Assembly: GCA_051251855.1 (NCBI GenBank)
Contig: JBPOGI010000003.1
Span: 32,001 to 96,000 of the forward strand
Length of the DNA stretch: 64,000 bases
Source: Roseibacillus sp.
Lineage (GTDB): Bacteria; Verrucomicrobiota; Verrucomicrobiia; Verrucomicrobiales; Akkermansiaceae
Reading direction: 5' to 3'
Position 1 is the first letter of the stretch. Every line of letters starts with the position of its first letter. Made by a program: the position numbers and the translations under genes. This document shows, piece after piece, positions 9,929-18,387 of this stretch. The notes under the pieces are model-generated. The model had not been told where the DNA came from. It made no database searches and saw only the letters and a program-made list of their open reading frames with translations.

Positions 9929-10981
9929 TTAAGACGAGCTCAATCGATTTACCAACCCCCGCAGGCGAATATCGGGGCCGAATTGCTGGTAGGTGACTCG
10001 GTCGAGGCGAGGGCGTCTTTCGAGCTCGGTGGCGCCAGTGGCCGCTACGGCAGGGACATCACCTCCGCAGACGAGGGGGGCGAAGTAGCTGATCCACTCA
10101 TCGACAAGGCCTTCGTCGAGTAATTGTCCGACTAATCCCCCGCCCGCTTCGACGAGGATAGTTTGGAGACCTTCACTCGCGAGTTGGGTGAGATTCTCTT
10201 TGAGGTCGCCACTCAGAAACTTTGTGGGACCACTTTCGTTGGGTGTCAAAAGATGAGCGCTAGCCGGAAGTCCTGCCTGCGGTTGTCGGCTGAAGACGAG
10301 TCGAGCTGGCTGTTGCTTCTCACTTCGAGGTCCACGATAATCAAGGCGAGGATTGTCGTTCCGTGCTGTAGAACCGCTGGTCAAGATAGCATCGACCTCG
10401 CCACGAAGAACTTGCACGTCAGCACGCGCTTCCGCACCCGTGAGCCATTGTCCTTCTCCGAGAGGACGAGTGATGCGGCCATCGAGACTCATGGCAGTTT
10501 TGACGATGATCCACGGAAGTTGGGTTCGCTGCACTTTAAAGAAGGCGCGATGCAAAAACTCAGCTTCTTCTGCGAGAACTCCAGAAGTGATTTCAACTCC
10601 CTCTTGATAAAGAAGCGCTCGCGCCCCGCCTTGATGGTGAGGATTGGGATCATCGACCGCCCAAATAGCGCGCCGAATTCCATGTTCGAGAATCGCTTGC
10701 GTGCAAGGAGGAGTGCGACCACTGGTAGAACAAGGTTCTAAGGTGATGAAAATTTCGCTCCCTTGAGGATCGTTTCCTTGGCGCCGACAATCCGCCAAAG
10801 CTTCCACTTCCGCGTGAGGCTGACCCGCCCGCGAGTGAAATCCTTTTCCCAATACTTTACCTTCGCGAACGAGGACGGCACCGACGCTGGGGTTGGGTGC
10901 AGTGAGGCCTAGCCCCTTCGTTCCCTCCTCCAACGCAAGGGACATGAAGTGCTTGTCTGAATCTCGCTCGCAGGCACTCAT
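9929..10981 (-). CDS. ribD: Riboflavin biosynthesis deaminase/reductase
   Basis: NPSVGAVLV, HAEVEAL, TLEPCSTSGRTPPC, AMSLDGRI and ILVEAGG. Confidence 0.95.
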   Translation of the reverse strand: MSACERDSDKHFMSLALEEGTKGLGLTAPNPSVGAVLVREGKVLGKGFHSRAGQPHAEVEALADCRRQGNDPQGSEIFITLEPCSTSGRTPPCTQAILEHGIRRAIWAVDDPNPHHQGGARALLYQEGVEITSGVLAEEAEFLHRAFFKVQRTQLPWIIVKTAMSLDGRITRPLGEGQWLTGAEARADVQVLRGEVDAILTSGSTARNDNPRLDYRGPRSEKQQPARLVFSRQPQAGLPASAHLLTPNESGPTKFLSGDLKENLTQLASEGLQTILVEAGGGLVGQLLDEGLVDEWISYFAPLVCGGDVPAVAATGATELERRPRLDRVTYQQFGPDIRLRGLVNRLSSS

Positions 10982-10988
10982 CAAAGAT

Positions 10989-11192
10989 TGGGGAAAAGGT
11001 TGGGAATAACTCGCGAATAAGAGTGAAACAACTCGGCCTTCACATTTTAAATGGCTTTATGGAGAGTTAGCGCCCAGTTGTTTGCGAGGTTATTGCAGGT
11101 GTGGAACGCTGACCACTGCAATGGGGAACACGGGTTTTGGGCAGTTATTCGCATAGAGAAGAAGAAGGTTTTAATGATAAAAATAAAAATTA
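10989..11192. other. Candidate replication origin (DnaA-box-like array plus AT-rich element)
   Basis: TGGGGAAAA (10989), TGGGAATAA (11001), CGCGAATAA (11012) and AGTGAAACA (11022) at 10-12 nt spacing. TTATTCGCA (11145) is followed by A/T-rich GAAGAAGAAGGTTTTAATGATAAAAATAAAAAT. The + strand shifts from C-rich to G-rich around 6-11 kb. Confidence 0.45.
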
Positions 11193-13397
11193 CCGATCCT
11201 TCCTTTGGGCACAAGTGCGTTGCAGGGACTCAACCAAGGTCTCGAACTCTCGAGTTTCGCTCGATTGCAGAGAGTGATTGCTGAAGCGTTCGGAATCATG
11301 GAGATCAAAAAGTCGTTTTAACGATGGCAGAGGGAATTCGGGAAGGACCGTTCTTAGCCAAGTAGAGAGTAACTGACCAGCGGGCTTTTTACCAAGACTC
11401 TCTTCAAGTTGGGGTAGAGAGAGTGTGAGGAGGTTCGTTTTTTGGTCCCATGTTTTTTCCTCGTCGAGTTGGCTTTTTTCTTTACGAATTCGAGAGCCGC
11501 TCAAACGCCAAATAACAAAGGCTGCAAGTGCCACCGCGATGATGACGAGAGCGAGGTTCACCCATCCACGATTTCTTTCGTTGGCACGCCAAAGCTGAAA
11601 GTCTTCTCTAAGGCGCTGAAAGCTGTCTGCAATGCGCTCCTTGAGGTTGGGGTTAGGCGAGTCAAGGGTGAGCCAAGTGGCTGGTGTGAGGTCAACGTCG
11701 GTCCATTGGCCACCACTCCAGACTTCGCGGGAAACGGTGATGGTTTGTTCTTTTCCCCCACTCAACGTGACGATTTGTTCTTCCTCGATGATTTGCTTTC
11801 TGCCTCCTAGATAAGCACGACACCAAGCATGGGCGTGGGAGCCTCGCAAAAGATATTCGCCAGGAGTGTTCGATTGCTCTCGGACCGCAAATCCTACCAC
11901 GTAGTGAGAAGGAACTCCTGCTGCGCGAAGAAGCAGGGTCGTCGCAGTGGCAAAGTATTCGCAGTGACCTTCTCGGGTGTTGGTTAGGAAGTTGATGAGA
12001 GCGGTTTTATCAGCTTGGCTGGTGGTTTTGAGGTGAGTCGAATAACGGAAGTTCTCTTGGAAGAAGGTTCCGAGAGCTTCGATTTTTTGAGAATCGTCGA
12101 GTTCGTTGAGGGAGAGTTGAGCGGCAAGAGAGACCAGCTCGCGAGATTCTCTGAAGTTACTTGGAAGAGCGAGGGAGGTGGTCTCGAGGACTTGGCCGTT
12201 GCGAATGCGTTGAGTAGGAGGGGCTTCACGGAGGGAGGGATCGTCGCCGGTATGAATTTCGAGGTCGACGACGTTGGCCGCGTTCACCACAAGGAGGGTT
12301 CCGAGTTGGCTTTGCTCGATACTGTCGACCTCAAGGGCCTTTGCGATAAGAGTAGGAGCAGGAGGGCAAGGGAGGGCTTTGCGGTTGCTATTGACAGCTC
12401 CGCGCAGGTAAATCGGCCAAGATTTGGGCTCTTCGATTTCGTTGGCCTGAAAGCCTTCAGTATTAAAGGCGAACTCACCTCGGTCTTTTTTGTCGGCAAT
12501 AGTGAGGAGATCGGAGAAAGAACGATCGTAGTCTTGAAAGTTGGGGTCGTGAGAACGCCACTTGCCGCTTTGATAATGGTTGTAGGCGAGGGTCATAGCG
12601 CGCTCGGGAGGCTTCTTTCCCTTGGGCACGCTGAGGCGCCATTCAATTCGGCGGCTCATTTTCAGTTCGCCGAGGCGGCCAATGGCAGTATTTTGTTCGA
12701 CAGGTGGTTCGCTCCCTTGGCTGCTGAGAAAGCCGCCGTTCTTCACCCAGTGATAGAGGGTGACGATTCCTGAGCTACTGCCATAAGTGGCGGCGGCGAT
12801 GAGACTAGCCATGATTATCCAGGGAAGGATGCGGCGTTGTTGGGTCCGGTTGGCAAAGTAAAAAGCGACGGCTGCCAGTGCGACCATCACTGCGAAGTAT
12901 TGCCACTGCTGTTTCATTCCCGAGGCTGGGAACGCGGTGGCGAGGAGTGTGAGAGCAAAATAGGGATAGCCGAGATGAATGCGGGACTCGGGAATCACTT
13001 TACCGAGCCGGCGTTCCCGTTTGAGACGTTGGCGGGCGACAACCGAGAAAATAGAAGTCGGAACTGCTTTGGCTTCTCCGTATTGTTGGGCGAGAATGAG
13101 TGGAAGGAAGATGAGAGGAAGCCACTCGATGAAGGCCAGGATGGCTGCGGGTCCAGAAAGATTGAGAGAGTGAAAGCCCACCGTGCCAGCGAGGGCAATG
13201 AGGGAGAGAATCCAAGCACGTGAGTATCCGCGAAGGTCGAAACGCCAGCGCCAGTTGAGCCAGTTGCGGCCTTCGATGAGAAGAGCTGCGCCCAAGGCCA
13301 TGAGACCATGATTGGTAAGAGCGCCCCATACCAAGAGAGTGACTCCGAGCAGAAGGCGAGGAGGACCTGGGTAGTGGGTGGGTTCGTAGGCGTTCAT
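11190..13397 (-). CDS. Membrane transglutaminase-like protein (TgpA/DUF3488-type)
   Basis: Multiple N-terminal TM helices, triad motifs GHCEYFATA, HAHAW and DVDLTP, and a C-terminal TM. Confidence 0.85.
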   Translation of the reverse strand: MNAYEPTHYPGPPRLLLGVTLLVWGALTNHGLMALGAALLIEGRNWLNWRWRFDLRGYSRAWILSLIALAGTVGFHSLNLSGPAAILAFIEWLPLIFLPLILAQQYGEAKAVPTSIFSVVARQRLKRERRLGKVIPESRIHLGYPYFALTLLATAFPASGMKQQWQYFAVMVALAAVAFYFANRTQQRRILPWIIMASLIAAATYGSSSGIVTLYHWVKNGGFLSSQGSEPPVEQNTAIGRLGELKMSRRIEWRLSVPKGKKPPERAMTLAYNHYQSGKWRSHDPNFQDYDRSFSDLLTIADKKDRGEFAFNTEGFQANEIEEPKSWPIYLRGAVNSNRKALPCPPAPTLIAKALEVDSIEQSQLGTLLVVNAANVVDLEIHTGDDPSLREAPPTQRIRNGQVLETTSLALPSNFRESRELVSLAAQLSLNELDDSQKIEALGTFFQENFRYSTHLKTTSQADKTALINFLTNTREGHCEYFATATTLLLRAAGVPSHYVVGFAVREQSNTPGEYLLRGSHAHAWCRAYLGGRKQIIEEEQIVTLSGGKEQTITVSREVWSGGQWTDVDLTPATWLTLDSPNPNLKERIADSFQRLREDFQLWRANERNRGWVNLALVIIAVALAAFVIWRLSGSRIRKEKSQLDEEKTWDQKTNLLTLSLPQLEESLGKKPAGQLLSTWLRTVLPEFPLPSLKRLFDLHDSERFSNHSLQSSETREFETLVESLQRTCAQRKDR

Positions 13398-14764
13398 CCT
13401 TGGAGTTGGGCTGCTGCGATAGCGAGGTCACGCGCGACGGTATCAAGTTTGAGGAGGTGAATCCCAGGGAGGGGGCTTTCTAGGAAAGTTTGTTCGGTTG
13501 CGGAATCGGCAATAATGAAGGCGGTGACTTGGAGGCCTTGTGACCTCAGTTGGTTAAGGAAGGCACGACGCTCTTCGTTCCAGTCGGGGAAAATGAGGAG
13601 AAGAGCGGTCAGGTGTTCGCTTTCGCGACTGACGAGGGCTTGGAGGGCGTCGAAATCGGTTTGGGTTCGTGCCTGCACGGTAGCGAGGATTTCTAGGAGT
13701 TTGCTGCGACGAGCGACCCCCTGCCCTGCGGTGATACGGTAGCTTTTTTGGCCGATGAAGATGAGGTCGAGTAGGCACTCTTGGGTGTCCATGCTGGCGA
13801 CGAAAGATGAGGCGATGGAGACGGCTTCTTCAAAGCGTTGTCCGGGAGGGCCGGAGGTATCGAGGATGACACCGTAGTGTGGAAAAAAGTTATCTTCGTA
13901 CTCACGCACGACGGGGACACCTGTGCGAGCCCAGGACTTCCAATCAACAGAGCGCATCGCGTCACCAGATTGATAGTCGCGCAGGTGGAGAAAGTCACCT
14001 GTTTGTCCGATGCTGTTAGAAGCGGCTTCGCCACCCATGTGAAGGTGAGCGTTCCCTGGGAGAGAGAATTCGCTGATAGGATAGCGTTTGGGCAGGATGA
14101 TGATTTGGTCTTTAGGTGCAGAGACTCGTTGACAGCGTTGGAAGAGACCGAAGGGGTCGGGAAGAAGGACGCGGAGTTCGGCCAGATGAAGGATGCCGCG
14201 ATGTTGGGGTGTGAGGTGAAAAAGCGCGCGCCCGCTCTCGCCTGGTGGTAGTTGGCGGGGTGATTGTTTGGCCTCTAAAAGGTTGAAGCCTCTCTCTCGT
14301 TCTTGCAGCCAGGTCCAACGATAGAAGAGCATGGTGCGGTCGACGATATTGCGCTTCTCTTCTCCGGGTTCTGGGGTAAAGGCGAAGGTCTCATAGTCGG
14401 GAGTGGGGTCAGGGGGCCATTCCTCAAAGAGCATCGCGGAGAGTGGTTGGGTGTGGTCGTTGCGGACCTCGACCGTGTATTGGAGCTCTTGCCCGACACT
14501 GCCGAATTCGGGCAAGGAGCGGGTGCCAGAAACTTTGGCTTGGCGACAAAAGACCCAAAGGAATCCGGTGGCGAGCGAACACACTGCAAAACAGAAGATC
14601 ATGTAGATGGCCGATTCTTCGACGTTCGTGCCAAGAACGGCGGCGATGGTAGAAAGAAGGGCTACTCCCCAGCCAAAGGAGCGGATGCGACGTGCAATAC
14701 GCCATCCCCAGCGGCCAGTGCGGCTGTAGGAACGATGGAGAAATCTGAGACGCGCTTCGCTCAC
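13394..14764 (-). CDS. DUF58 domain protein (vWA-like, usually MoxR-associated)
   Basis: DPFGLF, DFLHLRDYQSGDAMRSVDWKSWAR, VVREYED and FEEAVSIASS. Stop overlaps the start of the transglutaminase gene (ATGA). Confidence 0.9.
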   Translation of the reverse strand: MSEARLRFLHRSYSRTGRWGWRIARRIRSFGWGVALLSTIAAVLGTNVEESAIYMIFCFAVCSLATGFLWVFCRQAKVSGTRSLPEFGSVGQELQYTVEVRNDHTQPLSAMLFEEWPPDPTPDYETFAFTPEPGEEKRNIVDRTMLFYRWTWLQERERGFNLLEAKQSPRQLPPGESGRALFHLTPQHRGILHLAELRVLLPDPFGLFQRCQRVSAPKDQIIILPKRYPISEFSLPGNAHLHMGGEAASNSIGQTGDFLHLRDYQSGDAMRSVDWKSWARTGVPVVREYEDNFFPHYGVILDTSGPPGQRFEEAVSIASSFVASMDTQECLLDLIFIGQKSYRITAGQGVARRSKLLEILATVQARTQTDFDALQALVSRESEHLTALLLIFPDWNEERRAFLNQLRSQGLQVTAFIIADSATEQTFLESPLPGIHLLKLDTVARDLAIAAAQLQG

Positions 14765-14809
14765 GGGATTAAGTTAGCGCCTTTTTGGCTGAAGCTCCAA
14801 TGAGGAAAG

Positions 14810-15646
14810 TTACTGGGGCGCAAGTTGGGCAGTAACTCGGAAGAAGAGCGAGTCTACTATGATTCTCGAAATCGTGATGCTGTTAGTTGTCAGGGGGCTG
14901 TCTAGAGTGGGCTGCCAGTTTTCTTCGGTAAGGTCTGTCGAGACTTCGACGGTGTAGTTAATGGCTCCAAACTCACTAAGATCTTCCCAAGTGAGGGTGA
15001 CATCGCCGTTGAGTGCAATTGTGGGGGCTTCAACAGTGAGAGTGGTTGGGAAGGCGACAGGTTCGGTGGTCTGGTAATTGGAAGGGCTGTGGAGAATGCT
15101 GCCAGTGGTGTCGGTGAGGGTGACCTTTTCGCTTTCAGCTGTGGTGGCAATCCAAAGGCTTTGGTCGGTCCAGACTCCCCCGTCTTCGGCTTCGTCAGAG
15201 CGTTCGTCAGCATTGATGTTGTCCACTCCGTCAATACTCCATTGCAAATGGTCGGCGATGTTTGCACCGACGCCGAAAGAAGTTTGGAAGTAGAGTTGGA
15301 TAGCATAAGGACCACGATCGAGAGGGGTGGCGAAGTTGCCTCGCCCAGAGATATTGATGGCGGTATCATCTCCGGCTGGAGCGTTATTGAGAAAGTGGAT
15401 GAAGAGAGATTCGCCCGCCCCGATGGTGAGCCCGTTGAGTCCACCACTGGAAGAATAGCGACGGGTTTGGTTGTCGTCGTGACTGCAAAACCTCCAACCG
15501 TTCAGTGATTGGCTCGTGGTGCCGAAGTTGTGAAGTTCGATGACGCTGGTGGTGAAATCGACTTCGCGCATTTGAATGGCCCGGTTGGCACAGAGCGTGG
15601 GTAAAAATGCGAAGGAGACGATGAAAGTGAGAAGTTGTTTTTTCAT
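14810..15646 (-). CDS. Secreted protein with lamin-tail-like N-domain and C-terminal FFRV domain
   Basis: Signal peptide MKKQLLTFIVSFAFLPTLCA, IELHNFGTTSQSLNGWRFC, and C-terminal YTVEVSTDLTEENW...FFRV. Confidence 0.65.
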   Translation of the reverse strand: MKKQLLTFIVSFAFLPTLCANRAIQMREVDFTTSVIELHNFGTTSQSLNGWRFCSHDDNQTRRYSSSGGLNGLTIGAGESLFIHFLNNAPAGDDTAINISGRGNFATPLDRGPYAIQLYFQTSFGVGANIADHLQWSIDGVDNINADERSDEAEDGGVWTDQSLWIATTAESEKVTLTDTTGSILHSPSNYQTTEPVAFPTTLTVEAPTIALNGDVTLTWEDLSEFGAINYTVEVSTDLTEENWQPTLDSPLTTNSITISRIIVDSLFFRVTAQLAPQ

Positions 15647-15755
15647 GTTACTGAGAAGATTACGTTTATGGATGCCGTTTGGATGCATCGAAGCGAAATT
15701 TCGTTCATAGCTAGGCTCGCTTGTCTTTCGAAGGGTGGCAATCTAACTTCGAAAA

Positions 15756-17060
15756 ATGAACGTGGAGGAGATTTACGCCAAGTTGAAGGAGTTGCCCGAG
15801 CCAGCTTTGGGAGCGGAAGTTTGGTCAGAATACGGCTCGCTTGGCTTTGGCGAAGAGGAAATGGAGCATCTTTTGGATTTGGCATCAGATTTTTATCTAA
15901 AAAGGGAGCAAAGTGATGAGGAGTCTGCGGTGTCGATTCATGCCTGGAGGGCATTGGCGGAGAGTGGCGACGCGGGTCTTCTTCCTGAGTTTTTGACTCT
16001 TTCGATTGGTTGTGATGACATTGCAGATGAGTGGTTTGCGAAGGATTTTCCAAAAATGCTAGGCAAGTTGGGGATGGCGGCTTGGCCCGAGTTGTTGGAT
16101 GCGGTTCGCTCGACACCAGAGTATCCCTGTCTGGCCCATGCCATGCTCGAAGGAGCCCCCCAGATGGTGAGGAATGTTGAGGATCGTGTGCGAGTGATCG
16201 GCTCGATAGTGGAGTTTTTCGATTATGAGCCTTTTCAACGAAGTGATCGGGCCTTTGTGGTGGCTGCGTTGGTTGAGCTAAAGGCGGTGAAAAAATTGGA
16301 GGTGATTCAGAAGCAGTTTGCAGAGAATCGAGTGAGTGTGGAGGTGGTGGGTGATATCGAGGAAGTGGAGATCGCACTCGGACTACGCGCTAAGAGAGAC
16401 ACGCCGAGGAAAGACTTTTTCAAGGAAGAAGTTCGCCTCGCGGAGAAGGAGAAGAAGGAGTTAGCTGGGTCTTTTCCGGATGGGGGTTCTTTGGAGGAGA
16501 AGTTGCAGTATTTTCTTTTGCGTTATGGGTCGGAGGATTCGATCAGAGGGGTCGATCAGTTGAATGGTTTTCTGCTGGCGCTGTGCGTTTCTGGGGTTCG
16601 GATGTCGAATCTTGAGCGAGCGGATTGTATTTGGGACCCTGTCGAAGGGGAAGCGGATGCCAGGCCGAAATTCGAAAATAAGAAGGAGGGACAACGGTGG
16701 CTGGAATGTGTGCGGGAATATTGCCAACAGATTGATCGCGGCATGTCAGATGGGAGCTATCAGGCACATGTTTCGATTTGGCCTGATGCCAAAGACTCGA
16801 TGGATCCGGAGGCGCCTTACTTTACGCCATGGCTTGAGGGGTTTGCGATGGGAGAGCTTTTGTTTAGTTTTTCAAGGGCGGGGGGAAAGTGGGAAGAGAA
16901 TCCTCTAGCGCTGCTGATGGAACGAGTATTTGAGGAGGAAGAGGCTGGAATGCGTCTCTTGGAGGATCGCGACGACAACCCGATCTTTGACTTCATGGAG
17001 GCGATTCAGGCACGTTATGCGAATCGGGAAGTACGGGACTTTGTTCCTTACTCTTCTTAG
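15756..17060 (+). CDS. Acidic helical protein, DUF1186-like N-part fused to a UPF0149/YecA-like domain
   Basis: IHAWRALAE and LVELKAV...VGDIEEVEIALGL, then LNGFLLAL...PWLEGFAMG. Confidence 0.6.
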   Translation: MNVEEIYAKLKELPEPALGAEVWSEYGSLGFGEEEMEHLLDLASDFYLKREQSDEESAVSIHAWRALAESGDAGLLPEFLTLSIGCDDIADEWFAKDFPKMLGKLGMAAWPELLDAVRSTPEYPCLAHAMLEGAPQMVRNVEDRVRVIGSIVEFFDYEPFQRSDRAFVVAALVELKAVKKLEVIQKQFAENRVSVEVVGDIEEVEIALGLRAKRDTPRKDFFKEEVRLAEKEKKELAGSFPDGGSLEEKLQYFLLRYGSEDSIRGVDQLNGFLLALCVSGVRMSNLERADCIWDPVEGEADARPKFENKKEGQRWLECVREYCQQIDRGMSDGSYQAHVSIWPDAKDSMDPEAPYFTPWLEGFAMGELLFSFSRAGGKWEENPLALLMERVFEEEEAGMRLLEDRDDNPIFDFMEAIQARYANREVRDFVPYSS

Positions 17061-17164
17061 AATGAAGTGGCGTTGGTGCTACTTGCGATCTTCAAGAAGC
17101 AATCTGCGGAACGTTAAGAGCTTTCCTCCTGCGAAAGTGCTATTTCCAGAAATTCTTGGGTCTG

Positions 17165-18163
17165 TTAGAGACCGCTGAGTGGGTTGTCTTCTTCTTCAAC
17201 TTCGTTCTCTTTCGCCACTTCATCAGCCGCCGCGGACCCGCGTTTTCCGATTGCTTTTGTTGGTCCCACGGTGGTGTCTCGTAGGGTTTGGCGCTCGCTT
17301 TCGGAGTTGATTTCGGCTCCGAGGAGAGTGGCGAAAGCGGTGAGGAAAAACCAAAGCAGGAGAGAAACTACTGCTGCGAAGCTCCCGTAGGTCTTTCCCA
17401 TATCGAAGTGATCGACATAGTAGGAGAAGGCAGCGGAGCCCAGGAGCCAGAAGATGACTGCAAAGAGTGATCCTGGACTGATCCACTGCCATCGCGGGAT
17501 AGCCCGATTGGGGACCCAGCGATAAAGGGAGGCAAAGATGAAGCCGATGAAAAGGGCCATGAGAGGCCAGCGTCCCCAAGTGAGGACGTGGTCTACGGTG
17601 TCGGAGATTTGAAAGTATTTGGCGAAGGCGGGTATGCCGGCGACGAGGGTGAGGAGGATAATACCCCCGATAAAGGCGCTTAAGGTGACGGCGAGGCTGA
17701 TGGCCGTTTGCTGGAAGTAGCCCCGTGATTCCTTTTCACCATAGGCAACATTGAGTCCGCGGACGAGGGCCCGGGTGCCTTTGTTGGCAGACCAAAGACT
17801 GAGTAGGATGGTGAAGACAAGTCCCCAACTCAAAGTGGCCGTTGACTGCGCAGTGGCATTGCGAGCAATCTCCGAGATGACTTCTTGGCTCTGGGCTGGC
17901 ATGAGTCTTCCTAGCTCCTCCACTTGGGCCTCAGCACTGGTAGGGGTGACGAAAAGTCCATAGATGGAGATGGTGGCTGCCAAAATGGGGAAAACGGAGA
18001 GAAAGAAGTAGAAGGCGATTCCTGCAGAGAGGAGCTGAAGGGCATCATTGGAGATCTCTTTTTGGACTCTCTTCAAAATATCCCGCCATCCTCGCCAAGG
18101 GATAGCGAAGGGGTGGTTCGCTTGACGACCGAGTGGGGATGCTTTTGGGGAGTCTCGGCTCAT
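17165..18163 (-). CDS. YihY/virulence factor BrkB family membrane protein
   Basis: SAGIAFYFFLSVFP, GLNVAYGEKESRG, LYRWVPNR, TYGSFAAV and LLGAEINSE. ATG 18163. Confidence 0.92.
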   Translation of the reverse strand: MSRDSPKASPLGRQANHPFAIPWRGWRDILKRVQKEISNDALQLLSAGIAFYFFLSVFPILAATISIYGLFVTPTSAEAQVEELGRLMPAQSQEVISEIARNATAQSTATLSWGLVFTILLSLWSANKGTRALVRGLNVAYGEKESRGYFQQTAISLAVTLSAFIGGIILLTLVAGIPAFAKYFQISDTVDHVLTWGRWPLMALFIGFIFASLYRWVPNRAIPRWQWISPGSLFAVIFWLLGSAAFSYYVDHFDMGKTYGSFAAVVSLLLWFFLTAFATLLGAEINSESERQTLRDTTVGPTKAIGKRGSAAADEVAKENEVEEEDNPLSGL

Positions 18164-18387
18164 TGACTTGAGGTTAGCCCCTGTTGATGAAGGGGCAAGG
18201 TTGGTCCTTGGGTGAGAACTTCGGGTTTTTGGAATTCTTGTTTCTGCTCTTTCCACCGGTCATGAATACAATTACTGGTCGGAATCGTTTGAATTTCGGG
18301 GAGTTTGGGCGATTTAATCTTTTCATAGCGCAGTTTCCGGACTAGTTTGCTGCCCCTTTTTTTCGCTTTGCGGAACCCTATAGTTTA

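Noticed and set aside
17058..17117. Stop read-through adding a SEC-C motif to the DUF1186/UPF0149-like protein
   Set aside because: The downstream frames contain no CPCGSGKKYKxCC motif.
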